Shown in pieces: positions 18,240-28,323 of a stretch of DNA of 64,000 bases. Both the position numbers and the translations under genes were made by a program. The notes below the pieces were generated by a model, which had not been told where the DNA came from, did not search any database, and saw only the letters and a program-made list of their open reading frames with translations. The stretch's first letter is position 1, and the number at the start of each line of letters is the position of its first letter. Source of the DNA: Escherichia coli 042 (lineage in GTDB: Bacteria > Pseudomonadota > Gammaproteobacteria > Enterobacterales > Enterobacteriaceae); the NCBI RefSeq assembly GCF_000027125.1, contig NC_017626.1; one strand, 5' to 3'.

Positions 18240-19289
18240 TTACCCAAGCACGCCAGTTGCAAAGGCGTGATCAAGAAAACGAAAAATTAAATCAACCTGA
18301 GAACCATGCTTTTCTTCGAACGCCAGCGGATCCGCATGAAGCTCGTTGTGATGCTCCCGACACAGCGGTAGCGTGAAAATATCGTGAGATTTTGTCCCCA
18401 TTCCGCCCTGACCATGACCAATCAGGTGATGGGGATCGTCGGCTGGCTTACCACAACACGCACACGGCTGTGTCTTCACCCAGCGTGTGTATTTCTCGTT
18501 AACCCAGCGGCGACGTTTAGGTCGTTTCATGAAAGATTCCGGAGACTCAGGATCAACGGCAATGCTGACCACCGTCTTTTCCTGTGGTGGGTTCTGTTGC
18601 TGGTGGGCGTGAGGCAGCGGCGCAAGATTTTTTGTGCGCTGTTTCAGTATGCTGGTGGCGGTCTGCTCTCCCGGTACGATGTCGCTTTCACGGTACATTG
18701 AGCGGATTTTTTCCGCACGCAACCCCAGCGAACGACGTAATACCGCTTCCGGTAGCGCGTCCGCCACCTGATTGCGGACCGCCCACCAGGATAATTCAGC
18801 CAGAGATAATTCACGCTCCTGCGTACCGCTTATTGCGTGACCGATGACGTCAATCATCCATGCTGACAGGTTTTGATGAGCAAGTTGCTCGAGTGATTCG
18901 GATGTCTGGTCACGCAGCTGGTTGTCGCAGTGCCAGCACAACACCATTGCGCCGGTACCATAACGGTGAATGACGGTTTCGCTGTGATGATAATCGCCGT
19001 GTGGCCACTGGCAGGATTTAATATGGCGCAACAGCCAGTCAGACAATGCACCAGCACCACCAGCAGCACGAATCACCCGTGCGTTACTGAAAAACGGCAG
19101 CAATGTTTTGTCTTCCACCAGCGGCTGGCGAGCGGCAGGAACGACCCCGGACGGCAGATTACGCATGCTTTTCGGTTCCGGCTCCACCAGTAACCGGGTA
19201 TTGTGGAATACCGGCATGGATTCACGGCCCGGCTTAACGATCACCAGCCCGAGTTCCGGTACCAGAACAGGTCGAAGTAATACCCGCAC
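18240..19289 (-). CDS. DUF968-like prophage protein with C-terminal HNH-like zinc finger
   Basis: 349 aa; C-terminal CACCGKPADDPHHL...CREHHNELH; same size and position as Qin YdfU. Confidence 0.6.
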   Translation of the reverse strand: MRVLLRPVLVPELGLVIVKPGRESMPVFHNTRLLVEPEPKSMRNLPSGVVPAARQPLVEDKTLLPFFSNARVIRAAGGAGALSDWLLRHIKSCQWPHGDYHHSETVIHRYGTGAMVLCWHCDNQLRDQTSESLEQLAHQNLSAWMIDVIGHAISGTQERELSLAELSWWAVRNQVADALPEAVLRRSLGLRAEKIRSMYRESDIVPGEQTATSILKQRTKNLAPLPHAHQQQNPPQEKTVVSIAVDPESPESFMKRPKRRRWVNEKYTRWVKTQPCACCGKPADDPHHLIGHGQGGMGTKSHDIFTLPLCREHHNELHADPLAFEEKHGSQVDLIFRFLDHAFATGVLG

Positions 19290-19290
19290 G

Positions 19291-19569
19291 TTACCTCCAG
19301 ATGCGTTGCTGGAATGTGCGGGACGGACGCGGTGGGCGTTCGGAGTGAGGCAATCTGACTGAGATTATCCAGTGACGGTAGTCGAGGCTAAGGGCTTTTT
19401 TAACCTCGTATCCGCGCCTGCGGTAACACTGAATTATCCATTCAGCCTGCTCTTCAGTGCATGGTGGATGCTGGAACCAGTCCGATTTGAATGCATGAAA
19501 ACGCCGTCCGCACCTGCTGGCAAAGACGGCAGAATCATCAGAATTGTGTAATTTGGTATCGTGCGCCAT
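19291..19569 (-). CDS. hypothetical prophage protein (Rem-like)
   Basis: ORF 19291-19650; likely start at internal Met (MAHDTKLHNSDD). Confidence 0.4.
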   Translation of the reverse strand: MAHDTKLHNSDDSAVFASRCGRRFHAFKSDWFQHPPCTEEQAEWIIQCYRRRGYEVKKALSLDYRHWIISVRLPHSERPPRPSRTFQQRIWR

Positions 19570-19865
19570 CGGTTGTCTCTGCTGGCGCAGCAGGTGCCAG
19601 TTGTTCAGGCTGGCGTGCGAATTGTAAACCAGAATGCCAGGAAAAAACAAAACCCGCCGAAGCGGGTATGCTAAAACAAACTGAAAGTAATATACCGGAC
19701 TTGTAAAGGAACGATAGAATAATTATTGGATTAAACCCTGACTCAATCCAGATTTCATAGGCAACAACTACGGACTAATCATCACAGTCATGTTTGATAG
19801 GCTTAGTCCACATTGGGTGAGGGTTTACGGCGTTTTCACTAATAATTTATCGTCCAAGCTATACA

Positions 19866-20258
19866 CTACTGCCCTGTTTTAACGAAGTTTTTAAAGGAAA
19901 CAACTGCCTGATAGGGGTTTGGTTGACAGCCAAACATATTATCGCAAAAAGGCTTGATGAAAATTCTTGAGGATCCATCTTCATTTGGCATTTTACTCAC
20001 TTGATAAGCGAGGAATGGACTATTTGGAGAGGGATTATAAGTGGAAATTAGCGTGTCTGTCGCCGTTTGAATTTTCCATGAGGAATTATTAGCCAACCAG
20101 AATTGCGCTCGTTTCCAATAAAAGTCACATTGCTTTTCATCATTACATGTTAGTGGCTTCATTGCTTCTGCTTTCAACGCTGGATCGACCTTTGCTGCAC
20201 ACCCTCCCAACATTACTGTTGCAATCATTACACCTGCGACTAAAACAAGTTTCTTCAT
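19866..20258 (-). CDS. putative lipoprotein (prophage moron)
   Basis: 130 aa; signal peptide with lipobox LGGC. Confidence 0.55.
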   Translation of the reverse strand: MKKLVLVAGVMIATVMLGGCAAKVDPALKAEAMKPLTCNDEKQCDFYWKRAQFWLANNSSWKIQTATDTLISTYNPSPNSPFLAYQVSKMPNEDGSSRIFIKPFCDNMFGCQPNPYQAVVSFKNFVKTGQ

Positions 20259-20401
20259 CTCCCTGCCCCATCAATAAAAGTTCGGTTCTCTAATAACTAG
20301 AGTTAATCAACGGAAAAAACGCCGAAGCGGGTTAAGTGCGGGTGCGTTGAGGATGCCTGACACATCAGAGGTGGCGAGGGATTTCTCCCCCGCCAGGTCT
20401 C

Positions 20402-20557
20402 TTACTCCTCAGGTTCGTAAGCTGTGAAGACAGCGACCTCCGTCTGGCCGGTTCGGATTCGTACCTCGCAGAGGTCTTTCCTCGTTACCAGTGCCGTCAC
20501 AATGACGGTTAAACAGATGACGATCAGGGCGATTAGCATCGCCTTTTGCTGCTTCAT
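20402..20557 (-). CDS. hokD: Hok/Gef-family type I toxin
   Basis: MKQQKAMLIALIVICLTVIVTALVTRKDLCEVRIRTGQTEVAVFTAYEPEE, Hok-family 51-aa toxin; longer overlapping frame to 20614 is Mok-like leader. Confidence 0.8.
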   Translation of the reverse strand: MKQQKAMLIALIVICLTVIVTALVTRKDLCEVRIRTGQTEVAVFTAYEPEE

Positions 20558-20848
20558 AGCCTGCTTCTCCTTGCCTTTCGGCGCGTAAGAGGCTAACCTA
20601 GATTTGCCGTTCATAGATTGAGCCTCAGATTAATGTTAAGCGTCTTGCAGGACGCGTAATGTTAACTGGGGCTTTTCTCTATCTGCCTTTTGGTGTTCAT
20701 GCCTGAGACAGATAGCCTCAAGCACCCGCTGCAATTCTACTTAACTCTCCTTTTCCCGCAAACCGTTTTTATCCCCAGCGGCAAATCGAATACACCACCA
20801 GCGCCACCGCCATCGCAATTCCTACCGTTGTTAATGCTTCAGGCCAGC

Positions 20849-21751
20849 TCATTGATTCACCTCCTGCGGCGGTTCTGGTAGCGGCATCCAGTGTGACGGT
20901 TTCCACGACGCACCAGGAATTATCCACCCATCATTAGCGTCAGGATGCCCGGGGATGTAAGTAGCCCATTTCATTCGCCAGTCACCTTTCCTGTCAAACT
21001 CCACGGCAACAAGAACGGCTGTTTTGGTATTCGGCATTCGCTCACTACAGCTTATCCAACCATCCGGAGTTGCCGGAGAGTTGCCCGATAGTGCATTCTG
21101 CTCCAGTGATGCTTTTACAAACCACGCTGCCTGAACTATAACGCCATGAATCCAGCGCAAATCAGCATCGCGATCTTTCTTTTTCATCTTTTCGCCACTT
21201 AAGGCCTTGCTTATGTGGCTGCGTACCAGGTCTTCATGTAATTCCTTCGCCTCCTCAATGGTGAAACCACCAGGCAGAAGAGCCGGAGTTACCGGAGAGC
21301 TGGTTGACGCTTCCGGGATTTCCCGAAAATTATTGGTTGACGAATTCTTGCTTTCCCGAAAGTTTCCGGACTGAAGCATGGCGGTGCGGCAGGCGTTCCA
21401 TATTTCGGCAGCAATATCGCGCTCGCTATCGGTTAATTTGTACGTGGAAACATAGCCAGAGAGCATTTCTACGTTTTCCGGAGTTGCTTCTTCCGGCACT
21501 ACCGGCGCTGGCGGGGCGATGCGTCCAAGCAACTTATTTACCTCTTTCGCCATCGCGTCATATTTATCTAAATGGCGATTAGCTTCTAAGCAGACTCGGC
21601 GCATCTGATCTGAGTTAACTCGTTTAACTGGATCTGCTTCCAGCGATGCCAGCGCAATCCGTGCCAGTTCCATTTGTTCACCACGGGTAAGCCCGTTTTC
21701 AAGCGGATTTTTAATGAACAATTCAATACGTTCTTTGGTAATAGTGGTCAT
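20849..21751 (-). CDS. DUF551 domain-containing prophage protein
   Basis: 300 aa; C-terminal W-rich DUF551-like region (DGWISCSERMP...GWIIPGASWKPSHWMPLPEPP). Confidence 0.55.
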   Translation of the reverse strand: MTTITKERIELFIKNPLENGLTRGEQMELARIALASLEADPVKRVNSDQMRRVCLEANRHLDKYDAMAKEVNKLLGRIAPPAPVVPEEATPENVEMLSGYVSTYKLTDSERDIAAEIWNACRTAMLQSGNFRESKNSSTNNFREIPEASTSSPVTPALLPGGFTIEEAKELHEDLVRSHISKALSGEKMKKKDRDADLRWIHGVIVQAAWFVKASLEQNALSGNSPATPDGWISCSERMPNTKTAVLVAVEFDRKGDWRMKWATYIPGHPDANDGWIIPGASWKPSHWMPLPEPPQEVNQ

Positions 21752-21761
21752 GTGTTACTCC

Positions 21762-22025
21762 TTAACCCGCAGTGCTTTCAACTGATGAGGGGAACAAAAT
21801 CTTTTCATCAAACCCTGCATTCATATCATGAACAGCAACACACCAATCCATCGACGAACGATTATCAAGAGCCTCCATGATTTCATCCATGCGGCGTAGG
21901 TCATACAGGTAAATGCTTTTATCGCCAATGGTGTAAAAACCAATTTTTTTCGGTGATGGGCAGCGATCAAGAACGTCCTGTAATTCGTTCAACCATGCCC
22001 GTTCTTTTTTTGTCAAAGTTGCCAT
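21762..22025 (-). CDS. hypothetical prophage protein
   Basis: 87 aa ORF in nin-like region. Confidence 0.4.
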   Translation of the reverse strand: MATLTKKERAWLNELQDVLDRCPSPKKIGFYTIGDKSIYLYDLRRMDEIMEALDNRSSMDWCVAVHDMNAGFDEKILFPSSVESTAG

Positions 22026-22026
22026 A

Positions 22027-22518
22027 TCACTCTCCTTTGATGCGAATACCAGTGGTACTCATTATCCTGATTTCCCAGAGCACACGAGGAACACCACCGT
22101 TTCCGACTGGATCGCGTTTACTCCGCAGGGCGACGCTTGATTCCGCCCAGCTTTTTCTTGGAGGAAGCTCTTTCACACGAACAAAACCAGCTGCGCGAAG
22201 AGATGCTCCTGATTCATCTGCCCGGGTGTACGTAATACAACGTTGATAACCCATAGCTTTTGCTGCCCGCCAGACAGCACCATAAAGCGCGCTGTTAGCG
22301 TTGCGTTCTCCTGTGGTACATGTGCGATTTACTTCAAGCGTTAATCCATCGTCCAAATGTCGTGCAACAGGTCTACCGGCTGTCGCCACACCTATCAATT
22401 CTCCGGCATCATTTCTCAGACCAATGCTGAATTTATGCCCCACCGGGGGTTTATTGTGTCGGTGATGTCTGGATATAAACGCCTTCGCAACACGAAGAGT
22501 AACCGGTGAAATTTGCAT
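22027..22518 (-). CDS. hypothetical prophage protein
   Basis: ORF 22027-22557; probable start at MQISPVTL. Confidence 0.4.
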   Translation of the reverse strand: MQISPVTLRVAKAFISRHHRHNKPPVGHKFSIGLRNDAGELIGVATAGRPVARHLDDGLTLEVNRTCTTGERNANSALYGAVWRAAKAMGYQRCITYTRADESGASLRAAGFVRVKELPPRKSWAESSVALRSKRDPVGNGGVPRVLWEIRIMSTTGIRIKGE

Positions 22519-22520
22519 TC

Positions 22521-22880
22521 TCACTCTCCTTTGATGCCAATGTTTACAGACTGGCAAGCCTCTTTGAGCACCCAGTCAACAGCGTCTTTCCATGCTCCGG
22601 TTTCGACTGGCGGATTCTCACGCTTTACCTGTTCATAGAAACGCACTGCTTTAATCAATCCTTCTGGTGTCAGTGGCACAGGCGGGGCAGTGAATAACGC
22701 CTGAATTTCATAGTTCGGTCTGTCGTTGCAATCCTCTTTTGTCGGTACATATTTCCAGTCACCAACCCACTGCTTCCCCTGAAAGTCTGTAACGCCTTTT
22801 TTCACGTAGCGATATCGCCATGCCACTGGTTTTGCCTGCCCTGCCTTTTCATGCCCTTCCTGATAATTAATCTCGCTCAT
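22521..22880 (-). CDS. hypothetical prophage protein
   Basis: 119 aa ORF. Confidence 0.4.
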   Translation of the reverse strand: MSEINYQEGHEKAGQAKPVAWRYRYVKKGVTDFQGKQWVGDWKYVPTKEDCNDRPNYEIQALFTAPPVPLTPEGLIKAVRFYEQVKRENPPVETGAWKDAVDWVLKEACQSVNIGIKGE

Positions 22881-23356
22881 TCATCGCCCCACTCATCACA
22901 ATATGCTTCGACCGGTGTTTTCCCTGCTTCATAATCATCACGCCATGCTTCAGCATCAGCGGCACTTCCACCGCGTAACTCTGCATAATCCATTAACAGT
23001 TCATGCCATTCTTCAAAACTGGCGTTATATTTAGTTGAACCAAAATCAGCCATTTTGTTCTTCCTCTTCGTCTTTTATTTCGTGGTATGAGTAATTGCAG
23101 TAGTTAAAGAAAATATCTTTAGCTTCATCCTGTATTTCATCTGGTGTTGCATCATCATCCACTTCGAATTCATCCTCGAAATCTCCACCGGCTATTCCCG
23201 TTTCAATAATTATTTTGAATTTTCGCATTTCACTACCGCCCTTTCGGACGGCCTCCTGATGTTCTGAGGGTGCAGGAATCCCTCCGGTTAAGGATTTAAT
23301 AAAAATCGTTTCTGATTTAAATCTTCGGTATTTAGTTGTTAGTCGGTTTATAGCCT

Positions 23357-23668
23357 TTATGCTTCGGCCTTATTTCTCAGCCATACACAAACCGGGCCAT
23401 CTTCGGTGTCATGTATTGAACCAATAAACCATCCATTGCCCTCTGGTCGTTCCGGTTCCCATGCAGAAATATCAGCATCACACGCATCAAGGTCAGCACA
23501 TCCTTCATCTCTGAAGCAGAGGACGTATTGAAGATTATTTTCCTCCATCCAGGCGTTAAACTCTTCCGTTGAAATATATTCCCGACCGTCACAGAATTTT
23601 TCATATTCAGGATGCGTCCAGCAGCCATATTCATCACGTACTACTGGTATTTCTTTAATTTCATTCAT
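23357..23668 (-). CDS. hypothetical prophage protein
   Basis: 103 aa acidic ORF. Confidence 0.35.
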   Translation of the reverse strand: MNEIKEIPVVRDEYGCWTHPEYEKFCDGREYISTEEFNAWMEENNLQYVLCFRDEGCADLDACDADISAWEPERPEGNGWFIGSIHDTEDGPVCVWLRNKAEA

Positions 23669-23915
23669 TTCTGTTCTCCCACGTTTTCAGACTTTCACCA
23701 CAGAACGGACAAAATGAAACCCGAACTGGTAATTTAGAAAATTCACCGGAACGCAACATCACAAAATCAGGACCGCGAGTTAAACTCTCATTCCAGATTT
23801 TGTATATCAGCAGACCTTTTCGCATCGTGTATTCAGCATCACGCTCAAGGGACTTTGCCAGTGCTGCACATGGTTCTATCTTGTTGCCATTAACCTGGCA
23901 TTTTGATTCACTCAC
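23661..23915 (-). CDS. hypothetical protein with zinc-ribbon-like Cys pairs
   Basis: 84 aa; CPFC motif near C-terminus. Confidence 0.35.
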   Translation of the reverse strand: MSESKCQVNGNKIEPCAALAKSLERDAEYTMRKGLLIYKIWNESLTRGPDFVMLRSGEFSKLPVRVSFCPFCGESLKTWENRNE

Positions 23916-24334
23916 CGCACCACCTCCTCAAAATTCCCCTGATAAAACGCCAGTACACGCTGCATAGCTTCACTCTTCCGGCACTCGCGACAGATTATGT
24001 TTAGGCGCCTGTCGTAGCGGCGTATTTCGCCGTCTGGTAATAGCCAGATAAGGTCCGGATCAACCACAGATGGTTTCTTCAGCTTTGCCCTTGAGAGTTT
24101 TTTGCGGGCGTTTTGCCAGTCCTTGCGCGCCTGCTCAGACGGGAATACTCCGTAACCGGAATTGTAAACATCACCACTGGCGGCCAGCTCCATGCATAAA
24201 CGACCGACAGACGTATGACTGACACCAATTTCATCCGATAACTGCCGAATCGTGCCTCGTCCGTTAAGGCGTACGAATTCCACGATCAGCCCTTTAATTT
24301 TTTCCCGCTCTTCTTGTGTAAAAACTTTTGCCAC
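23912..24334 (-). CDS. prophage replication-associated protein (HTH-containing)
   Basis: 140 aa, translationally coupled downstream of replication initiator. Confidence 0.4.
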   Translation of the reverse strand: MAKVFTQEEREKIKGLIVEFVRLNGRGTIRQLSDEIGVSHTSVGRLCMELAASGDVYNSGYGVFPSEQARKDWQNARKKLSRAKLKKPSVVDPDLIWLLPDGEIRRYDRRLNIICRECRKSEAMQRVLAFYQGNFEEVVR

Positions 24335-24374
24335 AAGCCCTCCTGAAAATTACCTCATGACCAGAAATTAACAC

Positions 24375-25352
24375 TTACCCCCTGAAGCCCGGCGGAATTT
24401 CAGTGTCCGGTTCAGAAATGTGATTCACGCAACGCTGCGCAGGCGAACGCCCCAGGCGGATAACCAGTTCATCCCATTTTTCCCGGAGTTTTGCCGGACT
24501 CATGATGTTTTTTACCCAGAACGAATCCCGCTGGAGACGCCCAAACATTTCACAAATTTGTCTGTGAGTTCTGCCATCCAGCATCCGCATTGTGCGAACG
24601 TCATTGGCCCATGCTGTCCAGTTGGGTTCTTTCGGTCTAGTGATCTCGCCATCATCGCTGGCCGCCTGCTCGTAAAGACTCACGATTCGTCCCCAGATCC
24701 ACTGTGCGCACACCAAATCTTCCTGACTTCCCCACTGGCGTTTTTTCGCACTGAACACAACCGCGTCAGGGTGTCGGGTTAAAAAATCCTGTTCAGCCGT
24801 CTGCGGGTCCGGTTGCGAAGCGTCCGGACAAGAAGATCTTTTATCTGACGGATCAGGTTTTAATACTGACGGATCGGGGTCAATCATCGCCCCCCTAATC
24901 GGCAGTTTTTTATCAACGGTTGATCCATCAAAATTTGACGGGTCAACCGTTGAGGGGTCAATATTTGACGGGTCAACTGTTAACGGGTCATTTTTTGCCG
25001 GGCTAATTTTTCTTTTCGGTTTATATGACTCACGCGCCGCCGCCGCAGCTGCTTCGAGTTTTTCCACATTAAGCCGATAGATATTGCTTACATTACGCCC
25101 ACCGACCTTACGCTCTTCCTTCGTCAGCCAGCCCTCTTTCGCCAGTTCTGCAATAGCCGATTTCACTGTGGATTCACTTCTTGCACCGATCTGACGCCGG
25201 ATAGTTTCAATGGCAGGCCATGACACGCCCTCGTCATTGCTGTAGTCTGCAAGACGGGCCATAACCGCCACCCTGGATAAGATCATGCCGGTGAAGGCGC
25301 ACCCTTCCCAGACAAGACCATGAAGCTTGCTGCTCATAAAACCCCCGAACAC
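24375..25352 (-). CDS. phage replication initiation protein (O-like, N-terminal HTH)
   Basis: 325 aa; N-terminal HTH region, Pro/Asp-rich repeat linker (DPSNIDPSTVDPSNFDGSTVD); follows cro/ydaT. Confidence 0.6.
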   Translation of the reverse strand: MFGGFMSSKLHGLVWEGCAFTGMILSRVAVMARLADYSNDEGVSWPAIETIRRQIGARSESTVKSAIAELAKEGWLTKEERKVGGRNVSNIYRLNVEKLEAAAAAARESYKPKRKISPAKNDPLTVDPSNIDPSTVDPSNFDGSTVDKKLPIRGAMIDPDPSVLKPDPSDKRSSCPDASQPDPQTAEQDFLTRHPDAVVFSAKKRQWGSQEDLVCAQWIWGRIVSLYEQAASDDGEITRPKEPNWTAWANDVRTMRMLDGRTHRQICEMFGRLQRDSFWVKNIMSPAKLREKWDELVIRLGRSPAQRCVNHISEPDTEIPPGFRG

Positions 25353-25359
25353 CGTGCTT

Positions 25360-25785
25360 TTAGTGCATCACCACAGCATTCCCTGCCGGGCCGCCGCGAT
25401 TCATCTGGTCATACAAAACAACCGCTGACGCAACAAAATCATCGACATCCTTCACCAGCCGATCCCTCCGTTCGACGATCTCACGGTAATATTCAGAACT
25501 GTGGCTGCGCATACGGGCCACCAGCAAAGGCGGCATCGCCTTTTCGATCGCCGGTAACAGAGCCTGCATTTTTTCAACAGCATCAGGGGTGTCTTTATCC
25601 AGCCAACGGAAAATTTTCTGGGTATTACGGGCCAGGGCTTCCGGATGGCTGTCGTCATACAGTTCCGGGAACGTCATTCCCAGCTCGAAATACGCTTTGG
25701 TAATTTTCGCAGCCGGTACTTTTTCGCCGTCCGGATGCGCCCAGGCATTCATCGCCATGCGGATGTGTTCATGCTTGATTTTCAT
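25360..25785 (-). CDS. YdaT-family protein
   Basis: Internal start MKIKHEHI... and C-terminus ...VVMH match Rac YdaT family. Confidence 0.65.
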   Translation of the reverse strand: MKIKHEHIRMAMNAWAHPDGEKVPAAKITKAYFELGMTFPELYDDSHPEALARNTQKIFRWLDKDTPDAVEKMQALLPAIEKAMPPLLVARMRSHSSEYYREIVERRDRLVKDVDDFVASAVVLYDQMNRGGPAGNAVVMH

Positions 25786-26011
25786 GAATCCCCCCTTGGT
25801 TAGAAGGCGGATTATGATCAGAACCGGGAATGACAACCGTCGGTATGTGTAACTCATATTTGAGCGCCCCGGCAGTGACTGCCTGAATTAGCAACGCCCA
25901 TTTCCACGGAACCTCTTCCCCCCACATGCTGACTGTGGTTTTTGACGTTCCTAGAGCTGCGGCTGTTTTAACAACTCCGCCAAAATAGCCTAATACTTCT
26001 GATTTTTTCAT
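25769..26011 (-). CDS. Cro-like HTH regulator (DicC/YdaS family)
   Basis: MKKSEVLGYFGG..KTAAALG...S.W pattern as DicC/YdaS; divergent from CI-like gene. Confidence 0.6.
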   Translation of the reverse strand: MKKSEVLGYFGGVVKTAAALGTSKTTVSMWGEEVPWKWALLIQAVTAGALKYELHIPTVVIPGSDHNPPSNQGGIHENQA

Positions 26012-26102
26012 GAGTCGCTCCATAAAACTGAACGTCAAAAGTTTAATAATCAAAACCAAAGAAAGTCAAGAAACAAAACCATCTGTGTTTTAAAATCAAA
26101 AC

Positions 26103-26741
26103 ATGAGCAAGCAAACTATATCTGAACGCATAACCCAACGTATGCATGCGCTAAACCTGAAAGGCAAAGACCTTGTCAATGGCACTGGCGCATCAAAAGG
26201 CTCCGTAAGTCAATGGATGAACGGTGGAGGAGCGCCGTCCTCGCGTTACATAAGTTCCCTGGCAAAAATATTGAAAGTAAACGAAAATTGGCTTCTTAAT
26301 GGAGGAGAGTTAAATACAGGTGATTCGCTTGATCTATCTTTACCGCCGATAAAAACGGTTCCGCTACTATCACTTCAGCAGGCAGCAAGCTGGAGTGATT
26401 ATATGAAAAATTCCTCAATAACCTCTTGTGTGCAGCTTGTCGGAGAAATCCCGGTCAATACCTTTGCAGTTGTTCTAGAGAGTGACAGTATGTCAACATC
26501 TGGTGGGGGAGTTTCCATCCCAAATGGTTCAACAGTTTTTGTTGATCCCGATCGAACCGTACAACCAGGAAATATTGTCCTTGCCTTACCCAAAGGGACC
26601 ACAACACCTGTCATTCGTAAACTGGAGATAGAAGGGCCGGATATTCTTTTAGTCCCCACGAATCCTCGCTACCCTTCAATTATGCTGGATGATCTATCTT
26701 GCATATTGGGCGTATGCTTTAAAATTCAACAAGATATTTAA
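26103..26741 (+). CDS. CI-like prophage repressor (HTH plus S24 LexA-like peptidase domain)
   Basis: 212 aa; N-terminal HTH; C-terminal VLESDSM...VFVDP...VIRKL S24 autoprotease motifs. Confidence 0.8.
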   Translation: MSKQTISERITQRMHALNLKGKDLVNGTGASKGSVSQWMNGGGAPSSRYISSLAKILKVNENWLLNGGELNTGDSLDLSLPPIKTVPLLSLQQAASWSDYMKNSSITSCVQLVGEIPVNTFAVVLESDSMSTSGGGVSIPNGSTVFVDPDRTVQPGNIVLALPKGTTTPVIRKLEIEGPDILLVPTNPRYPSIMLDDLSCILGVCFKIQQDI

Positions 26742-27033
26742 CCAACCTCATCTATTTGATTAACTGTATGCCATCGTGGTGATGGCTTAACAGCTGCCTG
26801 CTTAAAATGTTTTGATAAAAAAACATTGACCTGAAAAGTTCGTTTTTCTAAACTTCATTCATTCCCTCACCCCATCCTACAGAATGCAGGGCAATACTTC
26901 GAGTTACCAGGCAGTGGTCAGGGGTTAAGTAGCCAGCCCGAGGCGTAAGAACATGACGGCAGGGTTCAACTTTAATAACTATGCAGCAGGTTTTTGTTCC
27001 GCTACCCCGGCGTTAAGGGGAAATGAGGTCAGC

Positions 27034-27189
27034 ATGGATACTATCGATCTTGGCAACAACGAATCTCTGGTGTACGGCGTGTTTCCCAACCAGGACGGCA
27101 CGTTCACCGCGATGACGTATACCAAAAGCAAAACGTTTAAAACCGAAAATGGTGCCCGTCGCTGGCTGGAAAGAAACTCAGGTGAGTGA
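27034..27189 (+). CDS. YdfA-like small protein
   Basis: 51 aa from internal Met (MDTIDLGNNES...); position after repressor matches Qin ydfA. Confidence 0.5.
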   Translation: MDTIDLGNNESLVYGVFPNQDGTFTAMTYTKSKTFKTENGARRWLERNSGE

Positions 27190-27190
27190 T

Positions 27191-27319
27191 ATGGATTTCG
27201 ACACAATCATGGAAAAGGCTTACGAAGAATACTTCGAAGACCTTGCCGAAGGCGAAGAAGCTCTCAGCTTCAGTGAGTTTAAACAGGCGCTTTCCAGCTC
27301 GGCAAAATCTAACGGCTGA
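27191..27319 (+). CDS. YdfB-like small acidic protein
   Basis: 42-aa ORF MDFDTIMEKAYEEYFEDLAEGEEALSFSEFKQALSSSAKSNG, missed by ORF track (below 60 aa). Confidence 0.5.
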   Translation: MDFDTIMEKAYEEYFEDLAEGEEALSFSEFKQALSSSAKSNG

Positions 27320-27348
27320 TAAGCGAAGTAGCACCGCGAGGAATCAGT

Positions 27349-27567
27349 ATGCAGAAACGAGAACCCGTCATAATCGCGCCAGACTATACCGATGATGAAC
27401 TTTATGAGTGGATGCGCCAGAAAATTAATGCAGCGCAGGATCTGAAATGGGCTAATGAAGCCAGGGCTAAGCAGGCTGAAAATCTGTCCGCTCTGGAGCA
27501 GGATATCACCAATCTGGAAAAAGCAGCGGCATTAAGCATTGCCAGAATGATTACATACCCGCGTTAA
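27349..27567 (+). CDS. YdfC-like protein
   Basis: 72 aa ORF in dicB operon position. Confidence 0.5.
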   Translation: MQKREPVIIAPDYTDDELYEWMRQKINAAQDLKWANEARAKQAENLSALEQDITNLEKAAALSIARMITYPR

Positions 27568-27907
27568 TAGCTAACCAACGAAGCTAAGGTTGGTAATTAA
27601 GGAGTTCTCCACGGGTGAGGTGGAGTGCGTGCGCCGGACACGGGTGAGCATCCGGCACTGACAGTTTACTGAAAGGATATTTCCCTGAAAAGTCAGACCA
27701 TAACGCGAAAGCGCACGGCGAGGTAGCTGGTTCATAGATAGCCTGTCGTTAAATTTTCGTCGACCGTGCGCTTCCGGTTGTGGCAATCCGCGAAATGGCG
27801 CGGCGGTAAGTATGGCGGGGTTATTCCTTCCCCGTTGAGGACACCGGGTTGTCAGGTTGACCATACGCTTAAGTGACAACCCCGCTGCAACGCCCTCTGT
27901 TATCAAT

Positions 27908-27965
27908 TTTCTGGTGACGTTTGGCGGTATCAGTTTTACTCCGTGACTGCTCTGCCGCCCTTTTT
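27908..27965 (+). ncRNA. dicF: DicF small RNA (ftsZ-targeting sRNA of dicB operon)
   Basis: TTTCTGGTGACGTTTGGCGGTATCAGTTTTACTCCGTGACTGCTCTGCCGCCC + TTTTT matches the DicF sRNA with its terminator; sits between ydfC-like gene and dicB. Confidence 0.85.
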
Positions 27966-28134
27966 AAAGTGAATTTTGTGATGCGGTGAATGCGGCTAAG
28001 CGCACGCGGAACAGTTAAAACCAAAAACAGTGTTATGGGTGGATTCTCTGTATCCGGCGTTAATTGTTAACTGGTTAACGTCACCTGGAGGCACCAGGCA
28101 CCGCATCACAAAACTCATTGTTGAGGGCGCGATA

Positions 28135-28323
28135 ATGAAAACGTTATTACCAAACGTTAATACGTCTGAAGGTTGTTTTGAAATTGGTGTCACTATCAGT
28201 AATCCTGTATTTACTGAAGATGCCATTAACAAAAGAAAACACGAACGGGAGTTATTAAATAAAGTATGCATTGTTTCAATGCTGGCCCGTTTACGTCTGA
28301 TGCCAAAAGGATGTGCACAATGA
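28135..28323 (+). CDS. dicB: cell division inhibitor DicB
   Basis: 62 aa from internal Met: MKTLLPNVNTSEGCFEIGVTISNPVFTEDAINKRK...LARLRLMPKGCAQ. Confidence 0.8.
   Translation: MKTLLPNVNTSEGCFEIGVTISNPVFTEDAINKRKHERELLNKVCIVSMLARLRLMPKGCAQ

Noticed and set aside
20755-20852. 27-codon hydrophobic micro-ORF (MSWPEALTTVGIAMAVALVVYSICRWG) upstream of hokD on minus strand
   Set aside because: Start overlaps DUF551 gene stop (ATGA) and product looks like a small membrane peptide, but it is too short to support without conservation data.
23046-23228. 60-aa highly acidic ORF
   Set aside because: Could be a small phage protein, but the low-complexity Asp/Glu-rich composition and lack of context made it too weak to list.
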